A stretch of 34,323 nt of DNA from a virus (IMGVR_UViG_3300038530_000222:1-34323), one strand, 5' to 3'. Shown: positions 15,201 to 24,181, numbered from the stretch's first letter. Notes: generated from the sequence alone by a model not told the origin. Program-made: numbers and translations.

Positions 15201-17565
15201 TTGCACCATCATGGCCTTCGTCAATTAATCTTTGCTTAAATCCTTCCGCAGCTTGTTCGCCACCCATCCGTATATCTGCTTTTTCTTTAAATGTTGCGTA
15301 ATATGGATTTTCTAATCGTGCATACAATGGCATTATATTGCGACCTGCATCACCTCTTTTGTTTATTGTGTATACATTTGCACCTGCTGCTGCATCCTTA
15401 CCTCGATACATATATACACCTTTACCTAGCCAACCAAAATCTTTTTTATTTGGATGATCTAAATTAAATTCGTTAACACTATCTCGTGTACCGTGATACA
15501 ACACTTCTGGTTTACCATTTTTCTTTAAAACTGATTTTCCAAAAAAGTTTTTAAATTGTGGCGTATTTAATCGTACTGAACCATCTTGATTAAACAATTG
15601 TTGTTCTGGTGATATTTGTATTTGATCCTGTCTAACAACTGTATATGGAAATCTAGCTGCAAATTCTTTAGGTGTTATACCTAATTTATTTGCTTGTATA
15701 ACAACAAAATCACGAAAAAATGTTGACGCAGCATTTACGTTAATAGGTGAATATAAACCAGTAGCTTTTAATTGATTAGCTAAATCTTTTTTTACTTGTG
15801 CTGCACTAGCTTCAAATTCTTTAGATATTTTGTTTTGTTTTTCAAGAACTTCAATAGCTTCTTTTCTTAATGCATCTTGGTTTTGTTTAAAATTTGCAGC
15901 TTCAGCACGGCTAAAACCATCTTGATCGACACGCAAATGATCTTGTAAAAAACCATCAAACTGTGTACCTGCTAATTTTGCTGCATATTCACTAGTGCTA
16001 ACTACCACATCACCCTGCCCACCTGATTTATTAATTTCTATTAATTGTTTTGCAATGCTAGGTGATACTGCATCTATGTCTTCTAGTGTTATTCCATTGT
16101 CTATTATTGCTTGATTTAATATTTCTGCATCAATGTACAATTCTTTAACATTTTTATCTTCAGCTAAATTTTCTACAAACTTTTGAAATTCATTTGGATT
16201 TCTTATTCTTGTTTTATTGTTAACAGATTTTTCTGATAAATTTTCTATAAATGCAGTATCTGTTTTTGCCTTGTTAGCTTTGGTAATATCTGAAATAAAT
16301 GTTGGTCCACTTCCTACTAAACCTACAAGAGTCATCCCTTTCATAGTTTGTATAAAAGTTTGACCTAGCCTTTGGCCTACTTCTTGTAATCCTTCTGCAT
16401 TAGTAAGTTTATAATTTAAATCTTCCTTATCACTAAATGCTACTGCTATATCACGACCTACAATATTAGACAATTCTTGCAATACTTCTGTACCTGCTTC
16501 TGTTATATTTCCACCTATATAATTTTTAACAAATTGTGTAATTGCTTGGCGTCCAGTAGGTTTTGCTAATTCTTTTACAATTGATTTTGTAGCGTATTTA
16601 GATAATTGTTTTCTTATAGGAGCAGTAACAACACTAGCTCCATACCATTCCAATAACATATTAGTAAGACCAACACCAGTTGCTATGTGTTTTACTGTTT
16701 GATCATTAACACCTTCAGTTAATTTTAATTCTTCTACAAGATCAAGATATGTAGAACCTGCTTCTATTTGGTAAGTTTCATATCCTAACGTTCCTAAAAA
16801 CCCTACAATAAATCCACCTTTAGCTGTAAATATAGATCCCGGTCCTGTAACTGAACCTAATCCAAATCCTAATGCTGCACCAACAGAACCACCTTCTAAA
16901 GCTGTAGGTAAAGTTTTAGAATATTGACCAAAAATAGCAAAACCTTCTTCTAATATTCCTGACCCATCACTATTTAATTCTTCTAACCTTTGATTAATTT
17001 CTGCTAATTCTGTATTTAATTCTTCATTCCCTTTACCAGATTTTTTTAAATTACCAATTTTTCCTCTTCGTACATTTAATCTACCTTTTTCCCAACCTTG
17101 CAATATGTTGTCTGGTGCTCTTTTAATAGCGTCAAATGCATATTCTAATCCTTCTAAATCATTTATATTGTCATACGCTAAAGCTGCAAATGTTGGATCA
17201 GTAAGTTGACGCATTAATACTGGACTTTTTTCTGCTAACGCAAAACTTAATATTTTTTCCTTTTTGTTTTTTTCAGCTAATAGTCTAATTGCTTCTTCGC
17301 TATCTAATGCAAAATCTTTTGGTAAATTTAATTCTTCTGCAAGTTTTAATCCTTCTCCAACCATGTCAGGATCTTTTTCTAAAACAGAAGTTAATGTTTG
17401 TTTTAATTCTGCTCTAATTTGATTTTGTCTATCTTCTTCTCTTTTTTTTAAAGTGTCTAAAAAAGGGTTTTCTGTATTTAAAGTATTTAAATTTTCAGCA
17501 TAATTTTGACTAGGTGCTAATTCTTGTCTTTTATTTAAAGTGTCTAAAAAAGAATTTTCGCTCAT
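9211..17565 (-). CDS. Giant internal virion (ejection) protein, polyvalent: ART, HhH-glycosylase-like, second ART, zincin metallopeptidase
   Basis: 2784 aa; third ejection-protein position; SD AAGGAGG. Motifs: YHGT..GVY..GHDG..EVVVF; GWY..GPKIG.FFANL..TLDRW..LQALMW; YHHT..VYVTT..YG; TFLHETAH..HEAFA. Confidence 0.85.
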   Translation of the reverse strand: MSENSFLDTLNKRQELAPSQNYAENLNTLNTENPFLDTLKKREEDRQNQIRAELKQTLTSVLEKDPDMVGEGLKLAEELNLPKDFALDSEEAIRLLAEKNKKEKILSFALAEKSPVLMRQLTDPTFAALAYDNINDLEGLEYAFDAIKRAPDNILQGWEKGRLNVRRGKIGNLKKSGKGNEELNTELAEINQRLEELNSDGSGILEEGFAIFGQYSKTLPTALEGGSVGAALGFGLGSVTGPGSIFTAKGGFIVGFLGTLGYETYQIEAGSTYLDLVEELKLTEGVNDQTVKHIATGVGLTNMLLEWYGASVVTAPIRKQLSKYATKSIVKELAKPTGRQAITQFVKNYIGGNITEAGTEVLQELSNIVGRDIAVAFSDKEDLNYKLTNAEGLQEVGQRLGQTFIQTMKGMTLVGLVGSGPTFISDITKANKAKTDTAFIENLSEKSVNNKTRIRNPNEFQKFVENLAEDKNVKELYIDAEILNQAIIDNGITLEDIDAVSPSIAKQLIEINKSGGQGDVVVSTSEYAAKLAGTQFDGFLQDHLRVDQDGFSRAEAANFKQNQDALRKEAIEVLEKQNKISKEFEASAAQVKKDLANQLKATGLYSPINVNAASTFFRDFVVIQANKLGITPKEFAARFPYTVVRQDQIQISPEQQLFNQDGSVRLNTPQFKNFFGKSVLKKNGKPEVLYHGTRDSVNEFNLDHPNKKDFGWLGKGVYMYRGKDAAAGANVYTINKRGDAGRNIMPLYARLENPYYATFKEKADIRMGGEQAAEGFKQRLIDEGHDGAILRGENGTDEVVVFDNTAVKSTFNSGTWSRETADILKQQELFAQQAKPQEQGKPVSEEVFQLAKIVENFDFASSKPFGTIKDFKVEIQKRILAAAKRAGANLSDFSVETEKYLVRTLLADAQYALVENPNAIGWYNEKVTKAKALLAKVYPELLIDTASNFAFTWALATTSNGIDVNTNFQLTQEVYNYWKENGKFPVPFGQGKAGRAMTKSFKLINELIEKNGVEDVEKFMSTTHTVKEVETYTGVLIKEFGKTEIVYGAAVIGPKIGNGFFANLYGNYEQLTLDRWAMRTWGRMTGTLVTDYTKQAKNKREQLKQYIKALTKEQKKAFETILGRKLTLGDLDEVAKRIETRTTVPANRDLMAEISLIKPDNDVADTITNIKGKPIKGEKRISIGDEIRKAGNSLAGYLDGQKEQPKGPPERRFIEKVFGQVLPVLQQQNPNLTMADLQALMWYPEKKLYDTAKLKEDVIETGYEDNAAPDYANAAATLVARMGISEADIQSTLQEVDNELSVQSEEQSRDTQRDVGRSGQIREVDTFQQQGRGDTNIDETTELPLNPDGTVTVYHHTSRRNAERIRATGELRSAAEPDVYVTTRAITDTGYGDTAVAIRVEPSRLSLDDEFPNGRKDYRLSVGKPRGSIRVKVGEFYKQQESKGARGGFDPKTLTAILTKEADLSTFLHETAHYMLTVMEDLAVSGTATPEIQNDFDVLLKFWGVESVDAWSKLDINQKRKYHEAFAYNYEIYITEKKAAPNKNLQDIFNRFGQFLRKIYKSIRDELNVIYRQENGIDLPVLTDEVRGVMDRMIASEEQIIESQRVYGMKAMFTTQEESGMDNETWQKYSAAIQEAQEVAIDQLSKSSMRQVKWLSNARSKVLKDLQKQVNATRKQVIAEETAKAENETIYRLEKYLKRGETINDKGEKVVVKEGNKIHPDSIKNILPFYDDAAANALIKELGTGKYGMVSKKGMPVQTIAEMFGYEDPINMINALVDLEPIKNVIKERTDQRMVDEFSNLTDPRQQELEVQEALHNEARARFIATELRFLATVMQPQRLQVAAAKQVAKDILAKKTLREVRPTLFSRQEAKATKAAEKAMREGDNQATIQAKKAQLLNNQLAKEAIEIHKRYDKATDNFKKLFKKSDKDMKDTRNVDLVNVAKTILASYGFGPAVESPNVYIENLKKNNEDLYVELEPIIREQSNLRNTTNIFKEVNEITKLKDIKDLTVEDFDSLDEVIQSLWYQSRRERQIEIEGKKLELDAIIPELVEPMQKMPKAKIKGMTEAVSRLEKLGSMIEDQKARMRRVEPWADEFDGATRQMSGAVLQREGLEAGPFTKYIWRPIKNSLTEYRTAQIKYTKRYAEMLEDVDFGETIIVANEFDDPYKFGKIHSGRGKVELLGAMLHTGNKSNLRKLLLGRGWGKLKEDGSLDTRQWDTFVKRMIDSNILTKKDFDFLQAVWDLNEEMLPLMQKTHRNVFGYYFKVVEASPTINKYGTYRGGYVPAKVDIDAVDDAKRNAALEDLKTDFRLSLPAVQKGFTKTRVEYNRPLSLHLNAMVKHIDDALRFAYVQPAVTDVLKIIKNKEFAAALDAVKPSAINYMLLPWLNNAARQTTMLRGNNDLADAFFKGLRKRTGHSIMFANFQNAVQQFTGNFPSLIKVEGKYMRSGLKQYYLNPAKTQEIIAELSPFMDQRQNNQMFDIQDTLNDLIINPDKFQKINAWTNKHAYFIQQAFQNQVDSVVWIGSYNQFLANKPMSMPDAVAQKEAIAQADANVRMTQDSLQPEDRAAFQTDTPLVQSLLQFTSYFNMMANLNDTNYKKMVNDMGYKITGKGSGRLIYTFMFGLYLPAVVSGVIVNFFGGNLNDADEDGYLDEIFELLFFEPLRFGLAFIPGGNILPVPFNVLNDKPYDDRISTSPSISTLESSTTGSVRALQAVLDPKKDVTGKNVKDVFTLLSLLSNYPLTILGRPLGYLQDVSTGRVEPEGPIDFIRGVVTGKSGRRQRK
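13272..13673 (-). CDS. Nested overprinted gene (+1 frame), acidic 133-aa protein, candidate immunity/antitoxin
   Basis: AGGAGGT-AGACA-ATG start; the only same-strand alternative-frame ORF the track lists within the 8.3-kb gene; local GC rise. Confidence 0.65.
   Translation of the reverse strand: MSYQYNPRSNQETHNEMLEDLDRYERLILSNNKEEETQTLTKPQNSPLTQTEQLPSTITPVEETQNELGLQVNSEVLLNLMSTLPPELSQILAMAIQQLPSGSNLLDLVSMMNSLTDEKITDSQLESLEDLFE
13679..13685 (-). promoter_or_regulatory. Internal Shine-Dalgarno AGGAGGT
   Basis: Plus strand acctcct at 13679-13685, 5 nt from the ATG at 13673. Confidence 0.65.
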
Positions 17566-19988
17566 AAATTGTTTTCCTCCTTAAATTTTATTATTTCTTT
17601 TTCAGATTTTTTCTTGCCATGCAACACCCATTCATTTGCAATCATTTGTTCTGTATACGGTATATTTGCTGCTTCATAACCTTTTATAAAATATTGTCTA
17701 ACATCATTAGGTATACGTTTAACAAATATTTTTTCATTATCAACAAAAACAAACGCATCTTCAAATTGATCTGCTTCTAATGCAACTGAAGGTATGGTAA
17801 TATCAAATTTTCTTAATAATCCATATCTTTTAGTTATTACACCATCTGCTAATATTTCGTTTAAAAGGTTTTGTTTTTCTGTTCTAGTTAATTTTCTGCC
17901 TTTGTTTGTTTGTTCTGAATCTATTCTAGTTAACCAAGCATCTTTAATTTGTTTGTAATCAAATTTAAAATTATATTGATCTTTTGCTTTTGGATCACTT
18001 GTTACTTTGTTTACTATATCTGTATAGCCATATCTAATTAAACTAGCGTCAAACATATCAGAATTACCAGTTGCTTCCAAAATTTTGGCATCACTATTTA
18101 GAGACTCGGCATATCTTTCAAATTCTAAATAATCTGATTGAGACAATTGATGGCTGTACGCTAATAAATTATTTTTAACTTCTAATGGATTTCTTTCTAA
18201 ATCAATAACAACATCTTTATTTGATTCTATTGGTTGTCCTTTTTTTAATATTTCTTGATCTTCTTTGCTAAAATTTTCTATTTCTATACCATTAGCTGCA
18301 AGATCTTTCCATCCATTTGGCGTTGCAAATGCTATGCGTTTTGCATTGTCTAAATTTTGATTATAAATTTCTGTTTTTTCATTGTATATTTTTGTGTATT
18401 TAGTTTCTAAATCTTTTAATGCGTGTTTTTGCGTATCTTTATCAATAATAGTTTTTTTTATTTCTTCTTTAAGATCATTTAATGGACGCAATCCTGTTAT
18501 AAAATTAACTTCTACTTCTTGGTTGGTATTTTTATAATTATAATCAACACCGTTTTTTATAATTTCTAAATCATTAGCAATATCAACCATGTATGCATTT
18601 GGTTGCCCCATTTCACCTGTGTATCTAGAACCAAAAAGACGGTCAGAACTTCCGTAAATTTTATCTGCTTCTTGAATAATTAATTTATTGTAGTTATCTA
18701 AAATTTTTTCATTTATTTTATTTGCATAAACAGAATCTTCTTTGTATTTTGTTTTATCAATATCTATTTCTGATTTTGCTTTTGTATATAATAAATCTGC
18801 TTTTTTAACGCCTAATCTTTGTATTGCATACAAATGGGTTGTTTGATGCTCTGGTATAAGAGTACCTGCCTGTGCAGAATCTACTGAATAAAATTTAGAT
18901 GTATCTCTTAGTTGTTGTAATGTTTCTATGTTTTCTGTGTTTGTCTTTTCTGTTGTATCAACTTGATCTGAATGAAATCCATCTGTAACAACTGCACCTT
19001 TGCCATCGTCATATGCATGATTGGTTTTTAAACACATTAATTTATTTGTTTGTGTTAAAAAATCACCATTGTTTTGATTGCCATTATGGGTTAATACTGC
19101 ATTTACACAATTTTCTCCTTTAAAATTTTCATGTTTTTGTTCTATGCCAGATGATATTTCATTGTAAGTTTTTTCATTTGTAAAAGGTTTTAAACTTTCT
19201 TTAAATTCTTTTACACCTACAGTATCTTTATCTTCATTTAATTTTTTTATTACATCTTTTGCTATTTCTAAATCAAGTTCACTTCTCATTTTTAGATATT
19301 GTTTGCTTATTCCAATTTTTTCTCCATTAGCGTTAACAGCATTAGGGTCGAGATTCCAACCTTTTAATACTGCATATTTTTTTAATTCTTCATGTGCTGC
19401 GTAACGATTTTTATTAAATTCACCTGTAGGATCTCTCCAATCTTTGTAATTATTCATAGCTTTGCTTTTGAAAATTTCTATACTTTCATTCGTTTCATTT
19501 TCTAAATAATTACGTTGTTGTTTTAAAGAATGCGTAATCATTTTATTTTGTGCAGATTTTATAGACGTTGCCGTCATTTGTTCATACATATATTTCACAA
19601 CGCCATTACTTGCTTTAGACGATCCATTTTCAAGAATTGCTTTTAATTTGTTGTTGTTGTAATCATCTAATACTGTTATTTGTTCTTCACCTTCACTTTC
19701 TGTTTGTAATGTTTTTACTGCTTCAACACCTTGCAATTGTGTGTATTCGTTTGCAACACGTTCTATTTCATAATGAGATTCGTTGTATAAACGTTTAGCT
19801 TCAGCATCATTTAATTCATCATCTAACTTTTGTATTGTTTGCCCTGCTTGTGTTAAAGCACGGCTTTGTCGTTCTATATCGTCTGTAACAACATCTCTCA
19901 TTGGTTCTACAGAAGTTGCACCAAATTGCACCTCAGAACCTGCTGCTACTTCTTGATTCAAGTTTTGCTGAAAAGGTACTCTTGCCAT
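17562..19988 (-). CDS. Internal virion (ejection) protein, T7 gp15-position
   Basis: 808 aa helical, MARVP start, located between the small and giant ejection proteins; ATGA overlap with the next gene. Confidence 0.7.
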   Translation of the reverse strand: MARVPFQQNLNQEVAAGSEVQFGATSVEPMRDVVTDDIERQSRALTQAGQTIQKLDDELNDAEAKRLYNESHYEIERVANEYTQLQGVEAVKTLQTESEGEEQITVLDDYNNNKLKAILENGSSKASNGVVKYMYEQMTATSIKSAQNKMITHSLKQQRNYLENETNESIEIFKSKAMNNYKDWRDPTGEFNKNRYAAHEELKKYAVLKGWNLDPNAVNANGEKIGISKQYLKMRSELDLEIAKDVIKKLNEDKDTVGVKEFKESLKPFTNEKTYNEISSGIEQKHENFKGENCVNAVLTHNGNQNNGDFLTQTNKLMCLKTNHAYDDGKGAVVTDGFHSDQVDTTEKTNTENIETLQQLRDTSKFYSVDSAQAGTLIPEHQTTHLYAIQRLGVKKADLLYTKAKSEIDIDKTKYKEDSVYANKINEKILDNYNKLIIQEADKIYGSSDRLFGSRYTGEMGQPNAYMVDIANDLEIIKNGVDYNYKNTNQEVEVNFITGLRPLNDLKEEIKKTIIDKDTQKHALKDLETKYTKIYNEKTEIYNQNLDNAKRIAFATPNGWKDLAANGIEIENFSKEDQEILKKGQPIESNKDVVIDLERNPLEVKNNLLAYSHQLSQSDYLEFERYAESLNSDAKILEATGNSDMFDASLIRYGYTDIVNKVTSDPKAKDQYNFKFDYKQIKDAWLTRIDSEQTNKGRKLTRTEKQNLLNEILADGVITKRYGLLRKFDITIPSVALEADQFEDAFVFVDNEKIFVKRIPNDVRQYFIKGYEAANIPYTEQMIANEWVLHGKKKSEKEIIKFKEENNL

Positions 19989-19990
19989 AA

Positions 19991-20599
19991 TTAGCTAGAA
20001 GCAGTAGTTGTTGGTGCTTTTCTTAACATACCGGGTGGAAGACTACTAATAAAGCTAGAACCACCTGTTAACAAACTACTAGTCATATTCATCCAAGGAC
20101 TTATTTGTGATGCAGTAGCAAACATATTACTTGCACTAACTCCATATTGATTTGCTTGTATACCTACACCTACAGCTTCTAATCGTTTGTTTTCTCTTGC
20201 TCTTACTTTATTTGAATTCATAGTCATCTTATCTATCTCTGCCAATATTTCAGAACTAACCATTGCATTTAAATTACTACCTACACCTCTTACACCACCT
20301 CTAGATGCTATTGATACTACACCTTTAGATTTTTGTGCTCCTTGTTTTAAAGTCATTATTTGATATCGCTTATTAAATACTCTATTTATATGCTGTGCCT
20401 GACTTTCTTTCATCTTTTGATTAAACAAAGCCATATCTTTTTTATGTTCTAAACTTAAAGCTAAACTTTTTGTTTTATATTTTTCTGCACTTGCAGCAGA
20501 CATTGCTCCTATAATTCCACTTATTGCACCAAAACCTTGTGATATTACACCAAATTTACCTAAACCACTAAGATCACTCCACCCATAACTACTAGACAT
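19991..20599 (-). CDS. Internal virion (ejection) protein, T7 gp14-position
   Basis: Gly/Ala/Ser-rich hydrophobic ends, central helix and ASRGG..GVGS motif; follows the nozzle. Confidence 0.7.
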   Translation of the reverse strand: MSSSYGWSDLSGLGKFGVISQGFGAISGIIGAMSAASAEKYKTKSLALSLEHKKDMALFNQKMKESQAQHINRVFNKRYQIMTLKQGAQKSKGVVSIASRGGVRGVGSNLNAMVSSEILAEIDKMTMNSNKVRARENKRLEAVGVGIQANQYGVSASNMFATASQISPWMNMTSSLLTGGSSFISSLPPGMLRKAPTTTASS

Positions 20600-20631
20600 T
20601 GTTGTGCTTACCTCAACGCTTCTTTATTTTT

Positions 20632-20665
20632 AGTATAACTACATGATATCTGCTTACGGTCACAC
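20632..20665 (-). promoter_or_regulatory. Putative late promoter copy 2 (GTGTGACCGTAA-N16-TATACT)
   Basis: Exact 12-mer at 20654-20665, 16-bp spacer, near-consensus -10. Confidence 0.8.
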
Positions 20666-23130
20666 TATCCACCCATAGCTACTTCTAATGTTAGACCCAC
20701 AATTGTAAGTGGTAATGGGTCTGTTTGTCGCACAAATAATTGTCCATTATCTTGCCATTGAGGAGTAAGCATAATTTTTATATCTTGTGTTTTTAAATCT
20801 GGTGGCGATCCATATGGTTCAGTTGTACGTTGTTTTGCTTCTACTAATTTATCTGCACTAGGACCTGCAAAAATACCAGACGATTCTAATACTCGTAACC
20901 ATACATGATTTAAATTTTTGACTCTACCTTGCCCAAATGCTTCTACTTGTAATGCCATAGGTAAAGTCTGCAAGTCAGCTTCTATAGGCAATCCAAGATG
21001 CACAATACTAGACGCACGGTCTAATGTAATAGAACCACTTGATACAACTTTTTGTGGATGCACAGCACCATCTGCCAATATGTTTATTGTTTTACCTTCT
21101 AAAAAATTAAGACCTGATATAACATTTCTTGCGACTTCATAAGTTGTTATTGCTGTATTTTGTAAATTAACAGGTAAATCTCTATCTAATTTTACCGTTG
21201 CTACTGTTTGACTTGTAGTAGATACAATATTACAACGATAATAATTTGTACCATCTACTAAAACAATTGCATCGCCAACATCATCAAGGCTAGGTGGTGC
21301 ATTAAATAAATTATAATTAGCAGTTATAGTAACGCTTTCTCCTTTTGTGTAGTTTGTACCGGCAGAAATAGTTACGTTTTGGCCTGTGTTTGTGTTTGTG
21401 CCGTTATATGTTGCCCCTGCATCTACAAAAAAATTATCACGTTGAGTTGCAAATAATCTTGTACCCATGCGTTCTACATAACGTTTGCTTGCACCATTTA
21501 TAGTTCTTTTTATTATGCAATATGTAACGTCATCGTTTCCTTCAGACACGCAAGCTACACTTTCAAAAGTGCCATCTGTATCGTGTTGATGCCATGCACC
21601 TATCTGTTGTTCTGGAACATATGTAAGACCTAATAATTTACCACTACTACTTACTTGCCATACAATAGGTATTGGTGACTTTGATAAAGCCATATCTATT
21701 ATTGTAAAATTATCAAACAAATGTGGAGCACGAAGAGATAAATCACCTGTAATAAAACCATTTGCTTGCCAGTTATAACCAAGTTCTCTTATATGACCAC
21801 CACGAGCAGCAGCATATACCAAGCTGTTATTAACAATTACTGGTTGTGCATTGTTTGCACCAACATATGATTGTGGTTTTACAGATATAGAAGTAGGAGT
21901 TATAGCATCACTATTAACAGAAGTTACACGCCATTCTGCCGATCCAGTAAGCATAAGTAAATTTGTTAATGGAACAATGTGTCTTATAGTATTTGCTTCA
22001 CGAGCAGCAACTCTAAATTCAATACGATCATCATCTCGTATAGGAATACCAAAAGACATATTACTTTCAGTACCTGATTTGGTCATCCATATATTTTGTG
22101 GTGCATTATTTGTACCTGCAAATACTCTGCGTTGTTCAAAATAAGATACAGCACCCGGATAGTTACCAGAACCAACAAAATCATTTTCATGTATTGGTGG
22201 TGTCTTAGAAAAATCTGGAGCAATGTTATCGTCTACTAATGATGTTCCAGTAGTTTCTCCTAAAAACCCATAAATACCACCTTGTTGTTTATATACTCTA
22301 TATCGACTAGCACCAGTAACTGCGTTCCAAGAAATAGTATTTTTAGCTCCAGTAACAAATATATTATTGTTTACATTTGTAGCTGATGATTGATTGCTTT
22401 CATCTACTAAATTAGCTTTTACAGCCGTTACAACATATTCGTGTGCTACATAAGTATCTGTACTTGTTGAAGTACTTGAAGGTATATACATAGAAGAACT
22501 TACATTAGTAGGTGGTGATAACGGACTACCAAAATCAATTACACGCAATTCCCATTGCGTTGCCCCAAGTCTTCTTAATTCTCTTGGTGCGTGATTAGGA
22601 TGCACTAATGTTATAACGTCAGCAGATTGCACATAATTTACATCAAACAATTCTGCTTCTAAATATGGATGCGGTATTTCATACACATTAGGATTTGTTG
22701 GCATTGCGTACCAACTAGAGTGAGGAGGTGTGCTGTTTGTATGTGCTACAACACAATAATAATTTACACCGTTATATAAAGCTATATCGCCAACTGCGTA
22801 AGTTGTAGAACCGCTCCATGCTGCACCATTGGTATAAAATAAAGTTTGTCCTTGTGTATGAAACCTAAAATATTGATCACCAAACTCAAGCACCATAGTT
22901 TGAGTTGTATTAAATGTAAAAGATAATAATCTTGTAGATTTTGTACTATCTTTAACTTCTCTTACAAATGCAAATCCCGGCCTATTTTGTGCAGGTCCTT
23001 GTGGTTTGGCAACAAAATTACGCATTGTTGCTGCACCTTGTTGAAATTTATTATCAGCAATACGGCCAAACATTTCTGGTGATATTTCACCTCCAGAAAA
23101 TGCTTGTTTAAAATTGCGTGTTACTGGCAT
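20665..23130 (-). CDS. Tail tubular protein B / nozzle (P22 gp10 / T7 gp12-like)
   Basis: FSGGEISP..GR.D...NF...PQG..NRPG start; YPGAVSYFEQRRVFAG; AWHQH; PLPLTI end. Confidence 0.9.
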   Translation of the reverse strand: MPVTRNFKQAFSGGEISPEMFGRIADNKFQQGAATMRNFVAKPQGPAQNRPGFAFVREVKDSTKSTRLLSFTFNTTQTMVLEFGDQYFRFHTQGQTLFYTNGAAWSGSTTYAVGDIALYNGVNYYCVVAHTNSTPPHSSWYAMPTNPNVYEIPHPYLEAELFDVNYVQSADVITLVHPNHAPRELRRLGATQWELRVIDFGSPLSPPTNVSSSMYIPSSTSTSTDTYVAHEYVVTAVKANLVDESNQSSATNVNNNIFVTGAKNTISWNAVTGASRYRVYKQQGGIYGFLGETTGTSLVDDNIAPDFSKTPPIHENDFVGSGNYPGAVSYFEQRRVFAGTNNAPQNIWMTKSGTESNMSFGIPIRDDDRIEFRVAAREANTIRHIVPLTNLLMLTGSAEWRVTSVNSDAITPTSISVKPQSYVGANNAQPVIVNNSLVYAAARGGHIRELGYNWQANGFITGDLSLRAPHLFDNFTIIDMALSKSPIPIVWQVSSSGKLLGLTYVPEQQIGAWHQHDTDGTFESVACVSEGNDDVTYCIIKRTINGASKRYVERMGTRLFATQRDNFFVDAGATYNGTNTNTGQNVTISAGTNYTKGESVTITANYNLFNAPPSLDDVGDAIVLVDGTNYYRCNIVSTTSQTVATVKLDRDLPVNLQNTAITTYEVARNVISGLNFLEGKTINILADGAVHPQKVVSSGSITLDRASSIVHLGLPIEADLQTLPMALQVEAFGQGRVKNLNHVWLRVLESSGIFAGPSADKLVEAKQRTTEPYGSPPDLKTQDIKIMLTPQWQDNGQLFVRQTDPLPLTIVGLTLEVAMGG

Positions 23131-23133
23131 AAA

Positions 23134-23802
23134 TTACCTCCCAGATGTCCAAGGAACTATATGCTCTACTGTTATGTCTCTGTGTAAATTGTCAGATTGC
23201 TTTGCACTAGTTAAATAATTAGTCATCATTTGCGTACTACGTTTTGCTTCTGCTGCTCCTTGATCACCTTTAATTACAGGACCTGCAAGCATTGATGCTA
23301 AATGCCATGACAATGTAATAACAAATAAATCAGAAAATAACGATGGATCAGTAATAAACGCTTGATATCGCAACATTGCATTTTCTTGATTTGTATATAT
23401 TAAATCGCCTTCTAATGAAAATTGTTGTGGTGTATATTGCCCTGCCACAATAGTTGGTGCATAGTTAGATGTTATACCACCGGGTGTATCACCGGCAGAC
23501 ATTCTTGTAGCGTAATCGTTTTGTGCTGTAGGAGATATTATTGCGACAGGTGACATCATGTCCGCAGGGGCTACATATGCATAATCCCATTGATCAAGAG
23601 TATTTGTAGTTAATGCCAAATTTCCACGCCTTGATGCAAAATTCCATGTATGCATTTCTAGCAAAGTATTTCTTGCAATAGGATAAAACCGTGCAGCTTT
23701 TTCTGCTTGTGCCGATCCCTCTGGTGGATTAAGCGAAGCTATTGTTGCATCATCACCCAAATGAGCTAGGGCAAGGTTGCAAATATCTACTTCAGTTGCC
23801 AT
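23134..23802 (-). CDS. Tail tubular protein A / head-tail adaptor (T7 gp11-like)
   Basis: VDICNLALAHLG...LLEMHTWNFA...W.YAY..P.D motifs. Confidence 0.88.
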   Translation of the reverse strand: MATEVDICNLALAHLGDDATIASLNPPEGSAQAEKAARFYPIARNTLLEMHTWNFASRRGNLALTTNTLDQWDYAYVAPADMMSPVAIISPTAQNDYATRMSAGDTPGGITSNYAPTIVAGQYTPQQFSLEGDLIYTNQENAMLRYQAFITDPSLFSDLFVITLSWHLASMLAGPVIKGDQGAAEAKRSTQMMTNYLTSAKQSDNLHRDITVEHIVPWTSGR

Positions 23803-23812
23803 AACATCTCCT

Positions 23813-23847
23813 AAAAAAAGAGGAGGTTAGCAGTATTACTAGCCCCC
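23813..23847 (-). terminator. Rho-independent terminator after the capsid genes
   Basis: Minus strand GGGGGCTAGTA-ATAC-TGCTAACCTCC, then TCTTTTTTT. Confidence 0.75.
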
Positions 23848-23872
23848 AGTAAGAAAAATAAGAAAATAATGC

Positions 23873-24181
23873 CTACTTACTTGCTGCTTCAAGTTGACTA
23901 ATAAGAGTTTCTTTAGTTTGTCTTCTATCTAGTTCAATACCAATAGTGCGACCATACACTTCGAGTTCTGCTTTAGTCATTGATAAATAATCAATAGATT
24001 GAGTAGTTGGCTGAACATCTCCTGACGGTACGGTTGTGTTTGACGCCACAGGTAGATCAGGTTCAGTTCCACCAACTAATTCAATATTACTATTAAACTC
24101 TCCGTTGTATTCAAACTCTTCGTTAGCTTCTCTCATAGATTGACCAACAAAGCACTTGATTTTAGCTCTGTAAATAGGCAT
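23873..24181 (-). CDS. Hypothetical virion-associated protein with C-terminal Rho-N/HeH-like motif
   Basis: YLSMTKAELEVYGRTIGIELDRRQTKETLISQL; SD AAGGAG. Confidence 0.7.
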   Translation of the reverse strand: MPIYRAKIKCFVGQSMREANEEFEYNGEFNSNIELVGGTEPDLPVASNTTVPSGDVQPTTQSIDYLSMTKAELEVYGRTIGIELDRRQTKETLISQLEAASK

